A model generated the notes under the pieces. That model ran no database searches. It saw only the letters and a list, made by a program, of their open reading frames with translations, and had not been told where the DNA came from. DNA of 63,998 nucleotides, the filler included, from Sphacelaria rigidula (taxonomy: Eukaryota), in the NCBI GenBank assembly GCA_964200075.2. It is 11 parts of 11 records of this genome, joined end to end, with 100 filler letters (N's around TTAATTAATTAA, not from the genome) between each part and the next. Parts side by side here need not be neighbours in the genome. Positions count along the whole stretch, not along the records: positions 11,656 to 17,382 come from CAXNAA020024920.1; positions 17,483 to 23,209 come from CAXNAA020024921.1; 9 more parts are not named here. The stretch is one strand, 5' to 3'. This document shows, one piece after another, positions 11,900-22,994 of this stretch (within the stretch, counting starts at the first letter, position 1; each line of letters begins with the position of its first letter). The position numbers and the translations under genes are program-made.

Positions 11900-13120
11900 C
11901 ATGGACAGTGCAGGCAGTACAAAGCTGCACGTCGCTGAAGTCGTTTTCACGTCGCATTGTAAGCAGAGAGAACTCATAGTCCTGGGCTGTCTGCACTGCA
12001 CGTTGCCCGCTCCTCCTTTGTATTCTTCTGCACGAAACGCGCACAAACGCACTCCAGACACCCTGCTTGCAAGCAGTGCAAACAGTTTAGACTGTCTGTA
12101 CTGTGCACGAGTGACCATGTACCGTTTCACGAATTTTGCTGCCTTTTGTTCATCAGAAGCTTGAAAACCCATCCGGACCCAACTGCATCAAAACGAGAAT
12201 TTTTCGCTCAAACTAATTCCACCGCCTCATTTTTTCGATCGAAAACAGAAGTGCTAAGACAGGCCCTTCTCGTACATTGAGATACAACAGACTGCATCTA
12301 GACGCAGCTGGCTGCAAATTGTCTGAAAGTATTGCCGCCCGGCCGACATTCGGCGGCCACACTGCTTCACTTCATCATCTCGCCATAGATACATTCCTGC
12401 TCACCATGCCGTCGCTGGTGCTTTTAAGGTTGACAGTGGTCACGCCTCCGTTTACGAATTCCGATGCCCTCTCGTGGGTGTTCCACTTCACCGAAGAAAT
12501 TGCGAATGCTGCTGTGGGTGTAACTTCCACATCTACGAGCCGCCGGCGGCGCTTCTGACCGCTATGACCGTAAAAGCGCCCTCGCTGATTTTTGGAGATA
12601 CCAGAAGTTCCTGCGGTCAATCTTCGCCTGAGCGATGGCGAGTCAACAGCGCCTTCGTCGAATGAAACAGACGACGATCCTGTTGCGCACCAGCAGGAAT
12701 GTAAACACCGGTAAGATCGAGAGGACAGTTGGGGCTTTATCCGTGGTTGAGTGGAGGTGCATGGGCAATTACTGCGCTCCAGCGGCGGTGCAATCGAGGC
12801 ACCATTCAGCCAAGTCGTGGTCTCGTGACCTGTGGAGAGATTGGGTGCTCTTCCGATGTTCGACCGTGGTCATTTTCTCGGTCAGCCATGTATTATGTTC
12901 TCGTCTCCTAGACTCTTCTCGGCCACGGGAACGACACACGACGACATCCGCTGCGCCATTCACCAGGAGCTAGCTCACTTGCCAATGCATGTTACTTGCC
13001 GCGGTAAATACTGTACAATATTCAAACGCATTATTTCAGTACGTGGGTATATCGGAAGTTAACTTGCCGTACTCCACGAGCCTGGCGTTGACGTTCAGCG
13101 GTATATCTTGTCATCTGTCA
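11900..13120 (-). pseudogene. Possible highly degraded DNA-transposase C-terminus (piggyBac-like?) with Cys-rich tail
   Basis: Fragmented minus-strand ORFs ending in RLCAF...QCRQPRT..LCLQCDV...C (zinc-ribbon-like). No catalytic motif can be read with confidence. Confidence 0.25.
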
Positions 13121-14140
13121 TTTATATGGTGATGGTCACTCACCAGCAACCAAGCTTATTCCACCGGTGTCCGAGGATACCTGACAGGTTATGTGGACGT
13201 ATTCGCTCTCTATACCGACTGCTTCCTGGCCATCTTCTAAGTCGATTTCCATCAGCAGTATGATCGTGTCAACAATCGATGACAACCTGAAAGGTAGCGT
13301 TCGTGATACATGAAGAAAAGAAGTTGCTCCACTGTTGAATTCGCTGATCATGCAAGCGTCGAAACACGCCCCGCCGCAGTAGAAAGTCCAATATCATAAA
13401 ACAAGCGATCTTGAAATAGCCGTCGAGGGGAGCCTTTTATTACCATGAAAATTCTACCTTGGGGGGTGCGTATCTATTGAAGGGGTCCATCGTCTAGGAT
13501 CCCAAACTCATAGAAGACGCTGAGATGTAACAGGTTGCCATTCATTTTGAACGTGAACGTCCATCAGGAACGTCCATCTGGTATGTGGAAACCATGTGAG
13601 AGGTTCTGGGATGCGGACATCCACCCCAAACATCCATAAAAAACCGCGTATGGAATGTCCGTTTACACATCCTTGTCCATGTGGCATGGCAATATGACCA
13701 TGCGGGAATGTACATGTTGGTCTATCTGGGGCGTCTATATGGGACATCTATTTGGGAGGTTGGCCGTCACCTTGAGGGTCTCCCCTATTGACATCAGTCG
13801 GGCATGTCAAAGAAAATGCTGTTGAACCGCTGACCCCGATAATGTTACAACGCTTTCGAACCTGACTCGTGCTCTCGCCCAAACCCGTGGACGACCTGTC
13901 CGCTGATAACCATACACTGGGTTCAACATGAAGTGGTGAAGTGGAGTGCAATTTGCGCTGTTGGGGCACAAATCTGGGCCCACGTATGCCGGTGGAGCAT
14001 AGTGGAGTGTACACTGGTAGGATAGCCACACGTGGACAGATAGCACCCTGTGGAGGGGGTCTACAGGGTTTACGTACGCTGCGCGGTGTTTCTGGCGGGA
14101 ATTTTATTGTACAGTGTTTTCCAGCGTAGCACAGGACGCT

Positions 14141-14243
14141 CCACAGGGTTTCCCTACAGTGGTCATGAACAGTGTGCATCACAGGGTTCCTCTCCACAGG
14201 GTTTCTCTACAGTAGTCATGAATAGTGTGCATCACAGGGTTCC
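14141..14243. repeat. 53-bp tandem duplication within a repeat that also occurs inverted at ~17020-17070
   Basis: ccacagggttt.cctacagt.gtcatgaa.agtgtgcatcacagggttcc occurs twice. cgtggacagatagcaccctgtgg (~14031) is the reverse complement of ccacagggtgctatctgtccacg (~17046). Confidence 0.75.
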
Positions 14244-15235
14244 GCCGCCCCGTGAAGAGTTCATCGCTGCTGGAAATGCTGTGCAGTGTGTTTACGCACA
14301 AACACTACCCTCCAAATGCAGCTGCGGGCGCAAGGTACTGGCGGAAAAAAATGGATTAGGTTAGACGGGTAGTCGAACTCTCGACTTCACCGTCGTACAG
14401 CCAACCGATTACACACGGAGCTACGCATGGTAGTCATTGTGGATAGAAGGCATTCTTTGTACTTATGAATTTTGGGGCCCTTGAAGGTCCGTGTCAATAA
14501 CACTGAAATCCCCCGAATTGTTCTTAGATGCACAAGTGTTATGGAAATCTGGAATATGGACAGCCTCTGCTGTTCAAAATAAATCCTAATTCCAAACTTG
14601 GAATGGGGGGGAAAGGATTCGTTTCGAAGAGCTTAAGCTGTACAGATCATCCCTTATATACTATGTAGAGCAGATGGAATTTGTACACCGCCAAGAATAC
14701 CTGAAATTGGGTGGAGAAAGAACTTGCTCGCGAGCAGCTTCAGCTGTTTAAGTCCCACATACTGCACGCAAGCTTTTGTTGCAGCTGACAGCATGATACA
14801 GGATCGCAATTTACCTCGGTCATAGATCCATATACCTGATGAAAGCCCCTTAGTCCCGTGTCGACAAAACTAAAACAATATACAGGGAATAATGAAACAT
14901 CTCATCGCGCGGTTGATACTGCGTACTCGGGATATATATTCACAACAATAAACTGTACTGGACCGTACAATACCATTGCACGCGGGACAGTGCGCTATAC
15001 CGCCGTGCTTGTACGTGCGACGCCATGTACTGCAGATGGCTGGCTATATATACAATGTAGATGCCTGCAGCTTATTTTGATATGTGGGGCGGGTGTTATA
15101 TACCATCACGAACTCCAGTTGTTCACGCGCGTTCCGCAGCATAATTGCGCACAGCTGCTGCAGCACAGTAAGTGGGGCGTGAAAGGGAAGGGGGAACGTA
15201 CAGTACAGGCAGCGCAGGACAATGTATATGTATGT

Positions 15236-15650
15236 AACAGAGGATTCTATAAAATAAGATTCATCAATGAAATGAGGTTCGAGCCCAATACAGTACTTTC
15301 TCCACACTTTTAGCGATGGTGCCCAATGACGTATTTGCCGGCCTAATGCCCCTCGATCGCGTAAATACTTTTTCAGCGCATTTTACCGATTCTGTGAGCT
15401 TACAGCACTGACCGAAACTGCTGTTTTCCCTGATATCACCCCCCCTAAAAAATAAGTAGAAATGGCGGTTTCGGACAGCGCTGTAAGCTCACAGAGTCGA
15501 TAAAATACGCTGAAGAAGTATCTACGCGATCGAGGGGCATAAGGCCGACAAGAAAGTCATTGGGCACCATCGCTGAAAGCGTGGAGAAAGTACTGTTTTG
15601 AGCTCGAACCTCATTTCATTGATGAACCTCATCTTATAGAATCCTCTGTT
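15236..15650. mobile_element. 415-bp foldback MITE with ~190-bp TIRs, AACAG...CTGTT ends and 4-bp TSD ATGT
   Basis: 15236-15427 is inverted at 15460-15650. ATGT at 15232-15235 and 15651-15654. Confidence 0.9.
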
Positions 15651-16489
15651 ATGTTCTCTACAAACAGTGCGACGTGAAAAGGAATTGAACAACGTGCAGC
15701 ATATTGTACGGCCTGTATGCTGCACTATGTTATATCGCGGTGCGTCCGCAGCATGCATATGGTGAGTGTGTGTATGCATAATATAGGCGGCCGGTTGACT
15801 GTTCCTCGCACCCGCCTATACGCACCCCGCGTATGTCGTCGCCGCGCGATGTCGCGACCATGAAAGAAGGTGCTCAAGTTTCCACCAACGAGAAATACAT
15901 CATATCCACCCACGGCAGTGTGTATGTGTCTATATCCCTGTGCCCAACCCGTGCTCTTTGCTGCAGGGTTGTGGTGGTATAGCTGGGCGGAATAATACTG
16001 CTGTGTGGGCGGGTGTTCATTGATGTTCGATTTGTGTGCGGTGATATATACGGAGTATAGATATCTTGGGGTGATGGTCTATATACGATTGATTAAGCGA
16101 TATTCTCTAAACATGGTTCGTGTTCGCAGACCATCGAATACGAGGTTTCTGTGAAGTAGGTGCATACATGGGCGAGGTATACCAGTTCATCAAGCATCTT
16201 GCCACGCCTTCCCAGGGGTTTCAGATGAAGCACAGGTGTGGATATACACATGTATCCAACGTGTGGGATCTCTATTCAGCGAAACCTGCTGAGAGCTATT
16301 CATCCTTTAGTCCATGTACACATGAAATGGGAGGCAAAAGGATGAATACCTTTCAGCAATTTTGTCGGCGTATCGGATCCCATCCGCTGGTGACGATGCA
16401 GTATGCGGGATTTGCCCAGCAGCTGACGCTGCTCGCAATAAAACTCTTTTCCCCCAATCTCCGGATGAATTGGAGGGCAGAGTAAATAT

Positions 16490-16725
16490 TTATTTCGAGC
16501 TTCTTCTGCTGTTCAAATTCCAAATCTGCCAGTGTGCATGGGATTTGCGCAGCAGAAGAAGCTGTTCGAAATAGAATTTTTTTTTGCTCATTCCAAAAAT
16601 GGGCGAAAAAATGATCGATCTTGAATAGCTTCTTCTGCTGTTCGAAATAAATAAATTTCTTTGCCGCAATAAATTGGGCGAAAAAAGTACCTGTTTTGAA
16701 TAGCCTGTCCTGCTGTCCAAAATAC
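16490..16725. repeat. Degenerate array of agcttcttctgctgttcgaaat motifs in both orientations (likely transposon subterminal repeats)
   Basis: Four copies at ~16497, ~16550 (inverted), ~16625 and ~16700. Confidence 0.6.
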
Positions 16726-17313
16726 ATTCCTTTTCGCTCGATTCAATTCAAGTCGGGTGAAGAGAAATTTACCTGGGACAGGAGGGCAAGCTATTGAAAA
16801 TATATACATTTACAGATTTTGTACCGAAATGTTTGGAATTAAAAAAAAAACGTCAGGGTTTTTTTACCAAAATACTACCACATGACTGTGCAGGGCTTTG
16901 CCGACAAGCCTACACAGGGCTGTAAACCCGACCCTCGAGAAAACCCTATCAAAACGCTACAAGGGGTACAGGTTTGGATTTTCACTGTCAGGGTTTTCTC
17001 ACAAAGACTATGGAGGACCCTGTATAGACCCTGCACAGCGCGCCCCACAGGGTGCTATCTGTCCACGGGTGAGTCTTCATTTATTTTTACCATACACGCT
17101 GATGAAACGGTTGCCCCGCCTAAGCAGGAAATTCCGTCACGAATGAAGGTCCCACATGGACGCTGGGTCCCAGGTGAACTTTCATATCTCAAGTATACAT
17201 GCTAGATCGATGCACCAGGTGCATGTCCACGCCCCCGATAGATGTCTCAGATTGACGTCGATATCCCAGATTGACTTCCCAGATGATCCTTACCCCAGAT
17301 CAAGCTTGCAGAA

Positions 17314-17382
17314 AACAACAAGTTGTGCCAATTGAGGATTAACTCCGAGATGAGGTTCAAGCCTAACACAGTGCTTTCCCCA
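17314..17382 (+). mobile_element. AACA-family transposon terminus
   Basis: Near-identical to 11481-11555. Confidence 0.75.
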
Positions 17383-17482
17383 NNNNNNNNNNNNNNNNNN
17401 NNNNNNNNNNNNNNNNNNNNNNNNNNTTAATTAATTAANNNNNNNNNNNNNNNNNNNNNNNNNNNNNNNNNNNNNNNNNNNN

Positions 17483-17535
17483 ATAATAATAATAATCATA
17501 ATAACAATAATGATAATAGTAATAAATATAATAAT
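17483..17535. repeat. (ATA)n degenerate microsatellite
   Basis: ataataataataatcataataacaataatg... Confidence 0.85.
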
Positions 17536-17689
17536 ACACAAATATGTATACGTGTGCGTGGGTGAGTAGGTGTTGTCCTAGAAGGTAGCGGGACACATGT
17601 TTTAGAATCACACGCAACAAGTCTTCAACATCGAAAACTATCGACATCTAGAATTATAGTTCCTTCCCCGATGAATTTGCTGACAATCA

Positions 17690-18125
17690 CTACACAACTT
17701 TTCGCGACTCTTTTGCACACATGGCTGCGAAACGCGAGAGTGGATAGAGAAACCAACCATAGAGCCGACCGGGCCGGTGCGGAACGGCTTCGTGGTCGAG
17801 AACGCTCCAGAGTACGACAAAAGACGCATCCGAGACAAAAGACGCATCCGAGACAAAAGACGCATCCGAGCCTTGCAAAACAAGCGATACCGAAGGTCCT
17901 CCATGTGCCACAAGCAAGCCATGAAAATTGATGTGATCCATAGGTGGCGCGTGTTCAAGGAGCAGGCATGTAGGAGAAATTTAAAGGCATCGATTAGCTT
18001 TCACGAGTACAGCAGTATCGTACCCACAGCGTGCTGGTACTGCCGCCAATTTACTTATAAATATGGGGTATTCAGGCGTAGACCGCGTGCACAAGACGGG
18101 AATGTACGAAAATGAAAACGTCTCA
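17690..18125 (+). pseudogene. Frameshifted HNH-like endonuclease gene of giant-virus (NCLDV) type
   Basis: FKEQACRRNLKASISFHEYSSIVPTACWYC, then after a frameshift YSGVDRVHKTGMYENENV. This matches the A..R.l...l.......C.YC...G.DR....Y...NV pattern of NCLDV/phage HNH proteins. Intronless and truncated before the CC..CN motif; contains an 18-bp triplication at 17816-17869. Confidence 0.6.
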
Positions 18126-18455
18126 GAGAAGGGCGTTGTTTTGTTTGATTGGTGATAGTGCAATCTGAAATTCATAGTGTGTGAATACTGCATGCATGAG
18201 TATGCATGTCGAGCATCACATTGGCTTTGTAGGTTTTCGTTTCGTTGTATGCCCTTGCTACGATTGATATGTATGTGTACATTGTTGACCGAATCTGCAA
18301 TTGTCGGATGGCAACCGAAATAAGAATAAACGTTGTAGCTTGCTGTATAACACGCAATTTTATGTAAGGGTCACTCTCAGTCAACGAATTCTTGGGGAAG
18401 GTCAATCACATCGCAAGGCAGCAGACGCCTTCATGGATTAAGAACCTTGGTATAC

Positions 18456-18630
18456 CTTGGAGGTTATTGGAGTACAAATTTAGATCCACAACACGGCGCT
18501 GGTCGTTGATTTTGATTCCATGCCGTTGGGAGAGGTCGGCACCCGTGTTCCAGTTTCTGTGATTCTTCCAGTTAGGCCCACCGGTCGCGTTATACAGGGC
18601 AACCAGTGCCTCGCGGTCCGTCTGCGCCAT
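18456..18630 (-). CDS. First (N-cap) exon of a brown-algal LRR gene (LRR-ROCO/LRR receptor-like family); possibly a pseudogene
   Basis: MAQTDREALVALYNATGGPNWKNHRNWNTGADLSQRHGIKINDQRRVVDLNLYSNNLQG followed by a phase-1 donor G|GTATAC. The usual W in SQW is replaced by R. Confidence 0.85.
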
Positions 18631-19321
18631 TGTAGAATGGGCCTGGGGGGAGTGCAGAGGTTACGGACGGAATTTCGCGGGACAATTGCGAAAAATGGTG
18701 TCGACGCGGTAAAAAAACAAAAATTAACTTTTGGTGATGGGGTGAAATCGCCTTCTGTCGACTATCTTTCGCGGTAGAGTAGGCCACTTATAATCTATAG
18801 GTTTTGTACATCCTTTGTCAACGCTCTTCGGTGTAGCCACCTCCTTCTCGGAAAGAGGCCATCTACACACCCCATCACGGCATGTTCTCCACACGGAAAT
18901 AACAAGGAGAAAGAAGTAGCAGACACGGGCAAAGAAGCCATCATATTAGGCAATGCGCAGAACTTCGTCCTCTAGTTCGATCCTTCATCTGAATCTGACT
19001 TGCTGCCATAACCCCAGTGAGCTCTCTCTTAGGATGGCGTTGCATCCTTGAGTTGAGGCAAAAAATCAGTTCGTGTGCGCGAGTTCTCGCAGCCATTCTG
19101 GCGCCAGTCTACACCTGTCGGTATACGCTTTTGACGTTCAGCCGAGGTCACATGGGGCGTTTCATTTTTTTACTTTGTTTTACTGCCCCACCTTTCCTCC
19201 TCCGGTGCCTACTATGGAATATGTGTTTTGAGTAGTGTGACTACATATGGAACATCAAGTAAGACTCGCAAACAAAAATCAGGTATACATCTTGCTGCCT
19301 CCCTCTCCCCCATGCTATAAA

Positions 19322-20130
19322 GCTGGTTGGTGGAACGAGAGCACGATCGGTGATCCTTACCCGCGCGACCAAGCGTGGGACGTCAGAGTGTTCGAACTTT
19401 GCTCTCTCCCTCTCGCCGATAAAAAAAAAACCTGGTTTGGAAACGAGAGCAGGACCGGTGCTCCTCTCGCGCGCGACAAACCGTTTGACACATCATGGCT
19501 ATTTGAACTTTGGTTTCGGCCTCTCGCAAAGTTGAAAATTGCTGGTATGTGGAACGAACGGAGCATCGGCGCTCCTTGGGCGCCCGACCAAGCGTTGGAC
19601 ACATCATGGCCGTTCGACCTTCGCTCTGTATCGCCGATGTATTAAAAGCAGGTTTGTGAAAGGAGAGGGGATCGGTGCTTCTTACGTACCGTCAAATTGT
19701 CGCACTCATCACAGCTATTATTCAAATTTCGCTCTCCCCGGTTTTACAAATGCTGGTTTGAAGAATGATAGGTGGATCGGCGCCCCCTGCGCGTGCGACC
19801 AAGCGTCGGACACATCATGGCTACTCGAACTTTGCTCTTTCTCTTTCGTCGATCTGTATAATGTTGGTTTGAGTGGAGAGAGAGGGATCGGTGCTCCTTG
19901 AGCGCGCGACACACCGTCGGACCCATCATGGCTATCTGACTTTTTCTCTCTCCCTCTCCCTCCCCAATACAAAAAAAGTCAGTTTGAAGAACGAGAGCAA
20001 GATCGGTGCTCCTTGCGTGCGGGCGACAAATCGTGCGACAATTAGTCGGACAAACAGTCGCTGTTCCATCCTAGCTTTCTTGCCGAAATTAGAACATGGA
20101 AGGTTGAACGACGAGGATCTGGGCTCGTTC
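19322..20130. repeat. ~108-bp degenerate minisatellite, 7-8 copies
   Basis: Unit ctggtttg..aacgagagc.ggatcggtgctcct.gcgcgcgac.aa.cgt.ggacacatcatggcta at ~19322, 19432, 19541, 19647, 19752, 19864, 19980 and 20097. Confidence 0.85.
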
Positions 20131-21366
20131 TGCAAGCATGACAAACTTACTCAACACTAATAACTGTTTGATCCTCCCTCTCACTTCCATTTTTAAGACT
20201 TGACTGTCGAACAACAGGAGATGCGGCGCTGGTCCAACTATGTGCGGGCGCAACAAATAAACGGAGTTTGCTCTCTCTGTCCCTCCAGATGTCATTTGTT
20301 GCGCTTTGTGGCAAGACGCCTCCAGAATTATTCTCACCTTCTGCAACACCACTCCACACCACTCTCGCTCCTCAACCCAATCGCACAAGCTTTCTCCTCT
20401 CGTGCCCTCTGTCTCCACCCCCTCTCTTCCCCTTTCCCCCTCTCGGCGCTCTAGTACAGCTTCCAGTACATGCGTCAGCGCTGTCGGCGTAACCGTTTGT
20501 AATTCCGCCGCGTTTTGCGTGCTGCCGCCTATTTGAAGTAATTTCACAGAGTCCCCACCCCGCCGTTGGAACATTCACACACCTCTGAGTACTGTAGGCA
20601 CAACCTACTAGTCTCGCTGATGCACTGTGGACTGTTGAGTAGCGTAGCAGATGCTGGTGTGATTTCATGCGCTCACCAGCGATGGCAATACCAAACTAGT
20701 GTTTGTGCGTGCGCGTGTTTCTCCCATCTATTCTTGGCGCCAGTCTGCACCTTTCGGTGTGTGTTTATGTACTCCCGGATCGAACGAAAACTAAGTGTCT
20801 CTTCACCTTATCCAACTTACAACAAGTCTTTCGTACCGCGATCAGTGTCCCGAAACCCAAGACAGTCAAATGCTCTGGCTTGCTGCCCACCACATCCTGA
20901 ATGCGGAAGGGTAGTAATGTCTGGGAACGGGTGATAACGAATGGTACGCTGCGGCCACAGCCATGGTACCAAGAGGCGGTGTCCGACGTGACTGGGAGTT
21001 GTCCTCGAGCCGACACGCGCCCGCCCGCCGGAAGACCGTGACCGTTGTATTTTCTTTCCAGAAGATGTAATTAATGGACAGACTACTTATAATGCAGCCA
21101 ACGCGTTTCAATTGGTGCTGTTGTTTTGCTTCACGGTGGGGTGTGAATCGTACATGAGGGGCGCCGAGGTAAGCATATAATGGGCGAATATGCCAGGACT
21201 TCATCTATGAAGAGAACAGAAATTTGCATAAATACTACACGACTTACGTCCAGCAATGCTAGCCTGTTGAGTACTGCCGTTTTTGGGTTTTGACCTGAAT
21301 CCTCTAAGTCTTCAGCAACATGCTAAAATGCACACAAACGATCGATGAGACAATGGGCAGTTGGGA

Positions 21367-21918
21367 CTACCGGAAATGTGTGTGCTTCCCAGGGCGCTTC
21401 GCTTTTCCGTCCTCGGTGCAATGCTGCCTGTGAGATACATTTCGGACGATTGTAGAGTCGCCAACGCTCGTTTCGCTGCCGTCCATACTGTGGGCCGAAT
21501 TATGCATCCATATTTCGAATGATCTCCTGTGCAAATATTTAGGCTCATCCTCAAGAATTTCAATCTCGCCAACCCTCGCATCTCTTGACACCGGAACACC
21601 AGGCGAACCTAAGGATGAACCATGGCTACCAGACCAAGTCTTGCGCGATCGCGGTAGATCCTCAACAGCTACTCGTTTCTTTGCCTGGCCACCGACAACT
21701 TTGTCATCGTCGTTATTCTTGGAGCCGGCTTTGGTGCCCTCATAAACTTTTCCCAGATTGAAATCTATGGTTTTCAGGGCTGAAACGTCCCCCATATCCA
21801 GGATGATTTCCTCCAACTCTCGCAGTTTTAAAGTGATGCTCGCCCGATATGACGAAATATGCGCTTCTTCCTTACTCATGGTGGCTCCTTTCAGCAACTG
21901 ACGAACAATGCGCCTCAC
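21367..21918 (-). CDS. Hypothetical intronless ORF (183 aa) divergent from the RFC pseudogene; possibly viral
   Basis: Protein-like composition with a helical N-terminal half, sitting head-to-head ~130 bp from the RFC remnant. No recognised domain. Confidence 0.3.
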   Translation of the reverse strand: MRRIVRQLLKGATMSKEEAHISSYRASITLKLRELEEIILDMGDVSALKTIDFNLGKVYEGTKAGSKNNDDDKVVGGQAKKRVAVEDLPRSRKTWSGSHGSSLGSPGVPVSRDARVGEIEILEDEPKYLHRRSFEIWMHNSAHSMDGSETSVGDSTIVRNVSHRQHCTEDGKAKRPGKHTHFR

Positions 21919-22045
21919 ATCAGCCCAGTGTTATCCTGAAAAAATAGCAAGAAGTTGTTTCCGTTTGCGGCTGAACGCGTTTCAACTGCCCGACCGTCGC
22001 CAGACCGGCCTCCAACGTTGGTGGGTTTAGTAATAGCTGCCAAGA

Positions 22046-22994
22046 ATGATCGTGGGGCGAGACAGCACAAATTATATACTGTATCATAATAAGTCGCACA
22101 CTCATGACTTTATCTTGGATGTCAGCCGGAACGAATATGTCCTTGATGCACTTCGTTCGTATTCATCGATTGACATGCCACACCCCCTTCTCCACGGACC
22201 ACCGCTCTCTGGGAAGACTTCAGCCGTACTAGCGATCACTCGACAGTTTTATGGTGGAACTGTACTGTCCTCGAGCTCAACGCGAGCGATCTTCGAGCCG
22301 TGGACATCATGCGAAACCAGATTCAACAGCAGTAAAACTGGTTGTTATCGATGAAGCAGACAGCACCACAAACCTTTCACAAGTGTGCTCTCAGGCAGTT
22401 GATCGATCGGTCGACAAATCTTGTACGTTTTTGTGTTTGCTGTAAGTACGTCAACCAACTGTCATCCGATATACGATCGAGGTGGAAAGCGTGCAGATTT
22501 TCAGGAATTCCGAAGTCGAGAATGAGAGGCGCTCTATAGCACGTTTTGCAAATGGAAGGATGGAAATATCCACCGAAATTTTGGACGCGGTGATTAACAT
22601 CTGTCGTGGTGATGCGAGGCGAGCTTGTGTCTCAGTGCACTTTCTTGATGCGACGATGGATTTGTCGAGTTGGGCGGTAGCGTATACGAGACGTATGGCC
22701 TTCCGAACCCATCGGATGTTGGACAGATACCTCGTTCCTCGTTGAATGACACGTTTGCCGTCGCTTTCCGGTCGCTCTCCTCTCTTTTGTCGGAACAAAG
22801 GGTTTTCTCTCGCACAAGTCATATCGGTGTTTGTGGCAAGAGTCGTAGCGTCTACCAAGATTGGGCCCGAGCGGATGAAAAGCATCCTTGTACAGTTTGC
22901 CAACATCGAATGGTTTTTGTCAGACGGTGGAGCGGAATCTCTCGGCATTGGAGCGGCCATCGGCGCTTTTCACATTGACGTGGAGACACATTGA
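22046..22994 (+). pseudogene. Intronless replication factor C small subunit pseudogene (clamp-loader AAA+), probable phaeovirus-like endogenous viral remnant
   Basis: Across frameshifts: MPHPLLHGPPLSGKTS (Walker A), LNASD, KLVVIDEADS (Walker B), ALRQLID..RFCVCC...IRSRW..RF (SRC motif), GDARRA, and C-terminal FANIEWFLSDGGAE. There are multiple frameshifts and stops and no introns. Confidence 0.88.

Noticed and set aside
11900..13351. Fanzor/TnpB-like nuclease (Cys pairs, EEY)
   Set aside because: No RuvC-I (D.G) or RuvC-III (RD.NA) motifs can be read; at best a degraded transposase tail.
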